Assembly (NCBI GenBank): GCA_041649315.1
Contig: JBAZNJ010000002.1
Coordinates: forward strand, 851 to 64,850
Reading direction: 5' to 3'
From: Patescibacteria group bacterium
GTDB taxonomy: Bacteria > Patescibacteriota > Patescibacteriia > Patescibacteriales > UBA12465
Length of the DNA stretch: 64,000 bases
Every line of letters begins with the position of its first letter. Within the stretch, counting starts at the first letter, position 1. The notes beneath the pieces were generated by a model, which did no database searches, had not been told where the DNA came from, and saw only the letters and a program-made list of their open reading frames with translations. The position numbers were made by a program, and so were the translations under genes. Positions 36,927 through 44,613 of this stretch are shown here, in pieces.

Positions 36927-38177
36927 TTATTTACTCGTTTTAGCGTCAAGTAGAAGTTCGGGATTGTTTTGTACTATTGATGCTACTTTAACGATTCCCT
37001 TAATGTATAGATTGACCATTTGTTCTTCGTCCGGAAATGACCATACTGGCAGTTTAAGTGCATTTTTATAGAATTGCTCTGCTACTGGAAAAGATTGTTG
37101 GATTCGCCTCTGGACACCTTGGTATAGTCTAGGTAGAGCCTTTCCTGGTTCAGTAAATATTGGTAAGCGGTGCAATGTTCCTGTCGATTTAGGCCGATCA
37201 AATTCAATGAGCCCTTCGGCGAGTATTGCATTAGTAAATAAATCAATATTTACACCATTTGAATGAGATTCATCAAATTGCATCACATAAGCATACCAGC
37301 CATGTTGTTTGTTAAGCGTTTGAGGTGTATTTAAGAAGGAATACTGATTAAAGGCGGATGTCATCTTTTCGGCATAGCATTGTCTTTGTTTGAGCCATTC
37401 ATTAAGATGAGAAAATTGTTCTTGTGCTATAGCAACCGCTAGCGGATGAGAGCGAAATTTTAATCCAAATCCGGTCGTGCTGAATGCCGAGAGTGAATAA
37501 TCAGACGGTATTTCTTGTTTACATCGCTTATTGTAGTGCCCTTGAAGCATAGCGCGATAATATATTTCTTTATCGTCGGTTAACATAATACCGCCTTCAC
37601 CGCCAGTAATGGCCGCGTCGCCAAACGTGCCGACGAGCTTATTATTATCACGCGCGCCATGAGCGTGTGAACAGTCTTCAAGCAGCCGCAGATTATGCTT
37701 TTTGCAAATGGAAACAATTTCTCTCATATTGCATGGGATTCCCCACATATGAGTTATCATAATTGCTTTAGTGCGCGGTGTGATGATTTTTTTAATTTCT
37801 GCGGGGTTTATATTGCCGTCCGCTTGGCAGTCGCAGAATATCGGTGTTGCTCCGGTGTGCATTAATGGGCTTACGGTCGCGAAAAAGGTATAGACAGGAC
37901 AAATTACTTCATCGCCTGGCCCGAGCGCGAGCCCCTCATACATTGAATAGATAGCATTGGTCCCGGAATTGGACAGAAGTCCGTATCGGCGTTTATGGTA
38001 ATCGGCGAAAGTGTCTTCGAATTCTTTAATTATCCCCGATCGATTATAAATTGAGATAGTAGCATGGAGTTGCCGGATAACTGCCATTTCTACGGATTTT
38101 GTAATGCGCGGCCACGAGAGATGTGGCCCCTTCGTTTTAATGGTTTTATTACCACCAAAGATTGCGAGCTTATTCAT
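36927..38177 (-). CDS. DegT/DnrJ/EryC1/StrS-family sugar aminotransferase homologue lacking the usual PLP-lysine segment
   Basis: Family blocks are present (…SGTNAIYSMYEGL…DEVICPVYTFFAT…ITHMWGIPCNM…LLEDCSHAHGA…GGEGGIMLT…). Between GTFGDAA and ITGGEGG, however, the expected FSF...K segment is absent. A strong AGGAGG SD lies at 38185-38190. Confidence 0.8.
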   Translation of the reverse strand: MNKLAIFGGNKTIKTKGPHLSWPRITKSVEMAVIRQLHATISIYNRSGIIKEFEDTFADYHKRRYGLLSNSGTNAIYSMYEGLALGPGDEVICPVYTFFATVSPLMHTGATPIFCDCQADGNINPAEIKKIITPRTKAIMITHMWGIPCNMREIVSICKKHNLRLLEDCSHAHGARDNNKLVGTFGDAAITGGEGGIMLTDDKEIYYRAMLQGHYNKRCKQEIPSDYSLSAFSTTGFGLKFRSHPLAVAIAQEQFSHLNEWLKQRQCYAEKMTSAFNQYSFLNTPQTLNKQHGWYAYVMQFDESHSNGVNIDLFTNAILAEGLIEFDRPKSTGTLHRLPIFTEPGKALPRLYQGVQRRIQQSFPVAEQFYKNALKLPVWSFPDEEQMVNLYIKGIVKVASIVQNNPELLLDAKTSK

Positions 38178-38191
38178 AGTTTATCCTCCTT

Positions 38192-39226
38192 TTAATGGTT
38201 TTTTTGGATTATTTTTAATATATCATTTGGATCACACGATGTTTTAGAGTGGTCCGATTTGTATGCGGCTTCAATAACCGCAACGTGTTGTAAATGTTCA
38301 GTGTAGTCCGGTAGAGCTCCGGGAACGAATTGGTGTATTCTTTCGGCGAAATAATCAAGTTGTTCTACTGCCGCTGAAGGCCAACCGCCCTGTCGTTCCA
38401 GTTTTTCAATTTCGTTGCCATTGATGTCGAGTCGGCGTATTAATCCTCGTGATACTTCCACGACACCGTTAGTACCAAAGACGCGTATGCGTTCCTGTTT
38501 TTCCGGATATACTCGGGAAATCACAAAATTTCCGACAAGCTTTTCGTCGTACTGAAATTTTAAATGATAATCAAACAGGAGGTGCGCAGTGTCTTCCACG
38601 TCATATTTTTGCCCCGGACGATTACCTCGTGTCATGCGTGCGGTAATTGATGTTGGCATACCAAAGTACCAGATTAGCAAATCGACGAAGTGGTAGCCCA
38701 TGTCCACCAGTGCGCCACCACCCGAAAGATTTTTTGAAGCTCGCCAGCCCTCATTAAGCGTAGCTATATTCATTGTGTATGCGCCTTCAATGGAGTAAAT
38801 TTTTCCAATATACTTTTTAAGTTGATGAAATGTTTGATATATGGGGTTAAACCGACGTTGGACGGTAACGCCCATATATACCGATCCATTGCGCAGAATT
38901 TTCATTAATTGTCGAGCTTCGACGATATTTGTTGCTAGCGGTTTTTCCTTAATAATGTGTTTTCCCGCCTTAACTAGCGCGCTGATAATATCCAAATATG
39001 CATGATGCGGAATGGAGATCATCGCAACTTGAAAGTCTTGTTCTTTAATTAGTTTATCGAGCTCAATATAGCTTGGTACTTTGTATTGAGCGCTGATTTC
39101 TTTGGCTTTTTTTTGATCAGTATCACAGACACCAATAAGTTCGAAGTTTTCACTTCGCATAATGGCCGGGAGGTGATCGTCTTTCGATTGTTTCCCTAGG
39201 CCGATTACTGCTATTCGCAATTTCAT
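38192..39226 (-). CDS. Gfo/Idh/MocA-family NAD(P)-dependent oxidoreductase
   Basis: MKLRIAVIGLGKQSKDDHLPA (Rossmann), EKPLA motif (IIKEKPLATN), and a C-terminal alpha/beta dimerisation domain. Confidence 0.85.
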   Translation of the reverse strand: MKLRIAVIGLGKQSKDDHLPAIMRSENFELIGVCDTDQKKAKEISAQYKVPSYIELDKLIKEQDFQVAMISIPHHAYLDIISALVKAGKHIIKEKPLATNIVEARQLMKILRNGSVYMGVTVQRRFNPIYQTFHQLKKYIGKIYSIEGAYTMNIATLNEGWRASKNLSGGGALVDMGYHFVDLLIWYFGMPTSITARMTRGNRPGQKYDVEDTAHLLFDYHLKFQYDEKLVGNFVISRVYPEKQERIRVFGTNGVVEVSRGLIRRLDINGNEIEKLERQGGWPSAAVEQLDYFAERIHQFVPGALPDYTEHLQHVAVIEAAYKSDHSKTSCDPNDILKIIQKNH

Positions 39227-39341
39227 AATTAGTCCCCCTATTTTTAAATTGTAAAAGAATGTTTTTAAATAAAGGCCAAGGCCTTCTTTAATTTTATATT
39301 TTACTATTTTTATTTATTTATGTATAGGGGCTGGCTAGCAA

Positions 39342-40553
39342 TTAAACCTCTCCTATCATCTCCATAATCTTCCGTTGTAAATCTGCTTCGTCGCCCGGCT
39401 TGAACAATTTATCATTCGTTCCAATTATTTCCGGAATGCCGCCGAGATTGGCGGCAATGACGCGCAAGCCGGCGGCGCGAGCGCCATAGATTACGGTTGG
39501 GGAATTTTCATAGCATAAGGACGGAACGATCAGGCAATCATTAGCCGCTTTTATTTTTTCTGCTTCTTCATAGCTAAGAGGCCCGATAAAGCTTATCCGC
39601 TTATCTCCGGTTGCCGCTTCTTTTGCCGCGGCCATGCTTGCTCCGCCGCCCCTGATCGCAATCGTGAGTTTAATGTCCGGATTAGATATTTTTTTAAAAG
39701 CTTTGATTAACAAGAAAATGCCTTTTTGTTTTTCTATTTGTCCGATGAATAGGAATTTTTTAATTTTTTGCTTAGGTTTAATCAACGCTGATTCCGCCGG
39801 TCCGGCTTGGTCTGATGCGGTTTGCGTCACTGGCTGGCCGGATCTTGATGCCGTTTGTGTTGCTGGCTGATTGGGATCCGGCGCTGTTTGCATTGTCGGT
39901 TGGTCGAGATTTGACGATGTTTGCGCCTCCGGCCAAGCAAAAGGTTGGATTTCTTTTTCCGAGTTTTTAAAAAATCCATATTGATTATGTAAATCCAAAA
40001 GCCAGCGGGAGGGCGAGATAATTTTTTCCGGCGGAGCGAATAGAGCGCGGGTCAAAAGCCGGTATATTTTTGCGCTTAGTCCGCTTATCTTTTTTTCTTG
40101 GCCCCAAAGCATCAGGCCGGAAGGATGAAGCAGTTGGATATCATGGAGAAAATGTTCATGTTTGATTTTTAAATTTCTAATGGCCGCGGGCACCATAAAA
40201 CCCAGCCCCATTAAATTATGAGTAACGACTAAATCCGGTTTTTCTTTTTTCAATATTTTTTTAATTTGCGCGTATTTACGGAAAGAGAAAATATTGCCTA
40301 AGTGCCAGAATAAACGGGGCAGGGCAGATAACTCGGCTAAATTATAAAATTTAGAGTTTAAATAATAGATTTTTAGGCCATTGTTTTCGTCAGTCGGTTT
40401 TTCGCCGTCAGTTGCCGTTTTTCGCGGTTTTGTGGTAATTAAAAAAACTTCATGGCCGGCTTTTTTAAAGTCGGCCGCCATCATTTCAACAACGGTTTCC
40501 GCGCCGCCGCGGCTATAAATTCCGTATAAGTTGTGGATCAAGGCAACTTTCAT
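39342..40553 (-). CDS. Glycosyltransferase family 4 with an inserted Q/T/P-rich repeat linker
   Basis: MKVALIHNLYGIYSRGGAE...(N-terminal GT-B half)...repeat insert...CYENSPTVIYGARAAGLRVIAANLGGIPE (C-terminal half). Confidence 0.75.
   Translation of the reverse strand: MKVALIHNLYGIYSRGGAETVVEMMAADFKKAGHEVFLITTKPRKTATDGEKPTDENNGLKIYYLNSKFYNLAELSALPRLFWHLGNIFSFRKYAQIKKILKKEKPDLVVTHNLMGLGFMVPAAIRNLKIKHEHFLHDIQLLHPSGLMLWGQEKKISGLSAKIYRLLTRALFAPPEKIISPSRWLLDLHNQYGFFKNSEKEIQPFAWPEAQTSSNLDQPTMQTAPDPNQPATQTASRSGQPVTQTASDQAGPAESALIKPKQKIKKFLFIGQIEKQKGIFLLIKAFKKISNPDIKLTIAIRGGGASMAAAKEAATGDKRISFIGPLSYEEAEKIKAANDCLIVPSLCYENSPTVIYGARAAGLRVIAANLGGIPEIIGTNDKLFKPGDEADLQRKIMEMIGEV
39811..39938 (-). repeat. 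Imperfect ~33-nt tandem repeat (about 3.8 units) encoding an 11-aa repeat QP(T/A/V)(M/T)QTA(P/S)...
   Basis: Units at 39811-39842, 39843-39876, 39877-39909 and a partial 39910-39938. They translate (-) to DQPTMQTAPDPNQPATQTASRSGQPVTQTASDQAG. Confidence 0.8.
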
Positions 40554-40654
40554 AAGGATAGTAGTTTTTTTAAAATTAGGGTCTGCTTTATAGATAAACA
40601 GATTGACTTCGCGGTTTTGCAGCGGAGACGATTTATATGATTTATAATAGAAAT

Positions 40655-41782
40655 TTAAATAAATAATCTTTTTAGATTTTCCGCCATCTTCCGTTCATCA
40701 TATTTTTCCTCCGCTAAGCTTCGCGCCGCCAGCGCCATAGTTCGTCGTAGCGCTTCATTATCTAAGATAAATTTTATTTTTTCTCTCAGATTATCCGCGT
40801 CGCCGGGCGCGGCTAATAGTCCTTCTTTTTGGTCGCTAAAGACGCGGCGAACACCCGGTAGATTCGAAGCGATAACCGGCGCGCCGCAAGCCAGCGCTTC
40901 AATCAAAACCAAGCCGAAGGCCTCATTGCTGTTAATTGAGGGCAAGATTAAAAGATCGGTATTTTGGTAGTAGCGTATTTTTTCCGCGTCATCCAGGCGT
41001 CCGACAAATTTTACTTTATCCGCTATTTTTAATTCCCGCGCCAATGTTTCATAATCGTAGCGCAATTCACCTTCGCCGGCGATAACAAGTCGCCAGTTTT
41101 TTTCGGTCAGGCCGCTTAAGGCCTGGAGCAAAACATCAACGCCTTTAAAATAATGCGCCCGGTCAAGGCCGCCGACGAACAGAATATCTAATTGCCTTTT
41201 TTTAATGAAGCGGTCGTTGATATAATGGATTAGTTTTTGCGCTCGGGCGATTGTGCTGTTAGCCGCCTGGCGATTGATCATTTTCGTTTGAAATTTTTCA
41301 ATATCAAGGCCGAACGGAATTTCTTGGAATTTATCCGGCCGCGCCCGATAATAATCTTTTATCTGGCTGTGAGTTATATAATCAAAACTGGCGCTGACTA
41401 TCAGATCAGCTTGCTTGAAAAGGGAAAAGCGGATAAGGCGGGCCGGCCAGCTTAAGAAACGGAAGATTAAACTGGAATGGCGGACGTCCATATGGTAATG
41501 GATGATCAGTTTTGGTTTTTTGAAAAATAATTTAAAAAACCAGACGACTTCTGCGCCGCCAAAAAAAGGATAATGAAGATAAATATAATCAAATTTGCGC
41601 AGTTTCCAAAGAAGCTGGGGCAAAAAAGCGCCATGGCCGTATTTTAGCCATGGCTTTAGATTATGAGGCGTAAAATTAACAATTTCGGCTGACGGCTTTA
41701 AAAGACGGTCGATCTGAGCGGCGACCGTCGCGATGCCGCCGGCATAAGGCGGGAAAGTGCAGACGACTTGGGCGATTTTCAT
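40655..41782 (-). CDS. Glycosyltransferase family 4
   Basis: MKIAQVVCTFPPYAGGIA...LFVGGLDRAHYFKG...PSINSNEAFGLVLIEALACGAPVIASNLPG. Confidence 0.8.
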   Translation of the reverse strand: MKIAQVVCTFPPYAGGIATVAAQIDRLLKPSAEIVNFTPHNLKPWLKYGHGAFLPQLLWKLRKFDYIYLHYPFFGGAEVVWFFKLFFKKPKLIIHYHMDVRHSSLIFRFLSWPARLIRFSLFKQADLIVSASFDYITHSQIKDYYRARPDKFQEIPFGLDIEKFQTKMINRQAANSTIARAQKLIHYINDRFIKKRQLDILFVGGLDRAHYFKGVDVLLQALSGLTEKNWRLVIAGEGELRYDYETLARELKIADKVKFVGRLDDAEKIRYYQNTDLLILPSINSNEAFGLVLIEALACGAPVIASNLPGVRRVFSDQKEGLLAAPGDADNLREKIKFILDNEALRRTMALAARSLAEEKYDERKMAENLKRLFI

Positions 41783-41803
41783 AATTAGAAGCTAATGCGC
41801 AGT

Positions 41804-42238
41804 TTAAATATTTTTATTATCAGTATTTGAGGATTTTGGGTTATTTGATAGTTTTTGATTATTTAAAGATTCCGGCGTGGATTTTTTCATTAAATCATTC
41901 GTGGCGAGCGGGTTGTCCAGGGCAATTTCTCGGGCGACATCCGTTATATTCCGATCAAGTTTCGCAACCGTTAGGCGCAAGCTAAAGACTACATAAAATA
42001 AAATTAGAACCGCCAGATAAACGAGAAAATTTATACCGCCGCCGGAAAAGCCGAGCCAAGCGACCAAGCGATCGATTTCTTTAATTAAGATTACGGCGCC
42101 GCCGGCTAAAATCCAAAAAGCGAGCCATAAAGAAAATTCATTTCGGCTGATTTCCTGTTTTTTCTTCTGTTTAAACAAGCGAAAAACAAAAAGAGCAATC
42201 AGGATTAAGGCTATTATTTGTTGAAGCATAATGGTCAT
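41804..42238 (-). CDS. Small membrane protein, DUF2304-like (typically partnered with a GT2)
   Basis: Four hydrophobic segments followed by ...LRLTVAKLDRNITDVAREIAL. Sits immediately downstream of a GT2, as I recall for DUF2304 proteins. The start at 42238 (ataatATG context) is preferred over 42268. Confidence 0.5.
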   Translation of the reverse strand: MTIMLQQIIALILIALFVFRLFKQKKKQEISRNEFSLWLAFWILAGGAVILIKEIDRLVAWLGFSGGGINFLVYLAVLILFYVVFSLRLTVAKLDRNITDVAREIALDNPLATNDLMKKSTPESLNNQKLSNNPKSSNTDNKNI

Positions 42239-42339
42239 ATTATGGTTGTTATTTTTGATTATTAGCATTGTCGTTCGGGCGGCAATGCTCCTGAGCGCCT
42301 GTAATTTTGTAGAGTAAAATTTATTGCTAGCCGGACGCC

Positions 42340-42999
42340 TTACTTAATTATTTTATGGATTAAGAGGTCGCGGATGATTTTGAAGCCACCGGATAACTTT
42401 TGGCCGGGGCGGTGATAAATAACCGTGACCGGCACTTCCGCCATCCTTAAGCCCGCCTGCCGCGCCTTGATCTGGATTTCGCTGGCATGGGCCATTTCCC
42501 GGTTAACGATTTTAATCGTCTCGGCGGCGCGCCGGTTCAAGGCCCGAAAACCGTTTTGCGGGTCGCTTAGTTTTAATCCGAGGGCGCGGGTAAATATTTT
42601 TGCCAGCGGCATGATTAGATATTTTTTTACCGGCGGGAAATTTGTTTTTTTTCCCAAAAAACGGGAACCGAAAACGATGTCGGCCCGGTCGTTGATAATC
42701 GGCTCGGCCATATCTTTTATTTCTTCCGCCAAAAATTGATCATCAGCATCAAAATGAATTATTATTTCCGCGCTATGGCGCAAAGCGTAATCATTGCCGG
42801 TTTGCAGGGCGGCGCCTTGGCCGCGATTAATCGGATGGCGCAAGACAATCGCGCCAGCCGTTTCGGCTAAAGCCGCGGTTTCATCGCGCGAGCCGTCATC
42901 AACGACAATTACTTCGTCAACTTGCGCCCGAACAGTTTTAACTACTTTAGCGATATTAGCCGCTTCGTTCCAGGCCGGGATGACACAACTTATTTTCAT
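42340..42999 (-). CDS. Glycosyltransferase family 2 (polyprenol-phosphate glycosyltransferase-like)
   Basis: MKISCVIPAWNEAANI...VIVVDDGSRDET...HFDADDQ (DxD)...FGSRF. Confidence 0.85.
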   Translation of the reverse strand: MKISCVIPAWNEAANIAKVVKTVRAQVDEVIVVDDGSRDETAALAETAGAIVLRHPINRGQGAALQTGNDYALRHSAEIIIHFDADDQFLAEEIKDMAEPIINDRADIVFGSRFLGKKTNFPPVKKYLIMPLAKIFTRALGLKLSDPQNGFRALNRRAAETIKIVNREMAHASEIQIKARQAGLRMAEVPVTVIYHRPGQKLSGGFKIIRDLLIHKIIK

Positions 43000-43084
43000 A
43001 ATTTTTTACTTAAGGTTGTTCATTAAGTTCGTTCGGATAATTTCGTGCCAGTCCAAAGAGATAATTTTATAAATATCATCTAGT

Positions 43085-44107
43085 TTAATTTTTTGGATTT
43101 TTTAGAATCCCGGCTTTTATTTTGTGCTTCCGGTCGCTCTCTAAAGGTCGGAAACCCTCGGTACGGGCGATTTTTTCTAATTCTTTCCAGAAATTTTTCT
43201 TGGGCCGGGATTCGCTGGCGAGGATGAATTGCTTGAGTTTTGGCGTCATCTTTAGGATTTCGAATAAGCCAATCTGCCGGCGTTCCTTGGCACTGCTTGA
43301 TTTCGGTTGTTGCCAATCGGCTAGATGTTGGATAAGAATCATCTTAAGGCAGTCCAATTTTAATTTCAAGGGCGGATCGCTGCGCAATATAGCGGAAAGG
43401 ATTTCCCAGGGATTTTCCGCCGTCATCGTTGCGATAACTAGGCGTCCGGTGGCGGCGGCGCGCAAAACCCGTGCTAAATCTTTCGTGTCCTTTAGATCAT
43501 CAATTGCGATAATATCCGAATCATGGCTTAAGATTTTTTCCCAATTAGCTTCGGTCGGGGGAAGATAACTGATGCCGGTAATTTCCTGTTCCGGATTTGC
43601 GCTTAAGCAATAAAGATTTTTTTTCGCGTCATTTAAGGCGTCAAGCAGGGAATAAAGCAGAGCGCTCTTTCCATTTCTGGCCGGCGCGCCGATAATGATT
43701 AATCCAGAGCGGGCGCGGCCGGCGCTTTGAAGAGTTTTAAGGTCTTTCATCTGTAGGCCGAGCTGGCTTAAACGCCAGGGTTTGACGGGTTGGTCGATAA
43801 TGTTTATAATTATCTTTTCATTATCGCCGTCTGGCAGAACGGCCAAGCGGAAAGTCAAACGGGAATCTTTAGAGCTTATTTTGCAATAACGCTCGGCAGT
43901 TAATTCCCCGGGAGCGATTTCTAAGACCTTGCGCAAGTCCGCGAACAGGTCTTCTTCCAGTTTTTTCGGCAAATGGAAGCTTTTTTGGTCGCCGTTTTTA
44001 AAATCATAATTCAAACAGACCCCATCCAAGCGACGGACAACAGTTAAACGCTTAGCCTCTTCCCAGGCGGCGTAATTGAAGATATTGTTGGTTATTTTCA
44101 AGCCCAT
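43085..44107 (-). CDS. Divergent PilB/GspE/PilT-family (type II/IV secretion) ATPase homologue with degenerate catalytic boxes
   Basis: 340 aa, colinear by hand alignment with the PilB ATPase core. RLTFRLAVLPDGDNEKIIINIID (cf. FRVSTLPT.FGEKVVLRILD). GLIIIGAPARNGKSALLYSLL (Walker A kept as A-x4-GKS). LSANPEQE (cf. EDPVE Asp box). DSDIIAIDDLKD (cf. DPDVIMVGEIRD). TGRLVIATMTA (cf. TGHLVLSTLHT His box). Confidence 0.65.
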   Translation of the reverse strand: MGLKITNNIFNYAAWEEAKRLTVVRRLDGVCLNYDFKNGDQKSFHLPKKLEEDLFADLRKVLEIAPGELTAERYCKISSKDSRLTFRLAVLPDGDNEKIIINIIDQPVKPWRLSQLGLQMKDLKTLQSAGRARSGLIIIGAPARNGKSALLYSLLDALNDAKKNLYCLSANPEQEITGISYLPPTEANWEKILSHDSDIIAIDDLKDTKDLARVLRAAATGRLVIATMTAENPWEILSAILRSDPPLKLKLDCLKMILIQHLADWQQPKSSSAKERRQIGLFEILKMTPKLKQFILASESRPKKNFWKELEKIARTEGFRPLESDRKHKIKAGILKNPKN

Positions 44108-44116
44108 AATGTTTTT

Positions 44117-44125
44117 ATTATAGCA
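44117..44125 (-). promoter_or_regulatory. Extended -10 box (TGCTATAAT on the minus strand) 9 nt upstream of the PilB-like ATG
   Basis: The minus strand reads tgctataat aaaaacatt ATG. This predicts a transcription start 2-3 nt before the start codon. Confidence 0.4.
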
Positions 44126-44136
44126 TAGTTTTGTAT

Positions 44137-44156
44137 TGTGATAAAATGTGATAAAA
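44137..44156. repeat. Perfect tandem decamer tgtgataaaa x2 in the divergent promoter region
   Basis: 44137-44146 and 44147-44156 are identical. They lie between the minus-strand glycan cluster and the plus-strand mraY cluster. Confidence 0.8.
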
Positions 44157-44196
44157 TTAATTCGGGATTGCTATTACCCCATTTTTCTTATTTTTT

Positions 44197-44610
44197 ATGG
44201 CTTATTTTAATTTTTACGCTCGTTTTTATGCGAAACGCCGGGCTATTGCCGAGGCGATCGCGACTTTTTGGCGTTTTCGGCCGGTCCGTCTTTATTTTTT
44301 CATATTTTGGCCGCTCCATATCTTGACTTGGCTTGAGGCATTTTTCATTAGGAAAAATTTAAGCGGAAATTTTTTAGTTTTACATTATAATGTAGATTTT
44401 GGCGTGGACCTAGTAAGCGGTCCGAATCGTATTTTTGTTTATCCGCTTTACGGCCTGGCGGTTTTTTTAATAAATTTTTCTTTGGGCGTTTTTTTGACCA
44501 GGCGGCCGGATTGGCGCCTATTCGCCCATTTTCTTTTAGCCGGGCTCGTTTTATTTTCAGCCCTCTTGGTCTTAGCTTTAATGTTTATTTATTTGATTAA
44601 TTTCAGCTAA
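44197..44610 (+). CDS. Hypothetical membrane protein (about 4 TM segments) preceding mraY by 3 nt
   Basis: 137-aa hydrophobic ORF, probably co-transcribed with mraY. No recognisable family. Confidence 0.4.
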   Translation: MAYFNFYARFYAKRRAIAEAIATFWRFRPVRLYFFIFWPLHILTWLEAFFIRKNLSGNFLVLHYNVDFGVDLVSGPNRIFVYPLYGLAVFLINFSLGVFLTRRPDWRLFAHFLLAGLVLFSALLVLALMFIYLINFS

Positions 44611-44613
44611 TCT

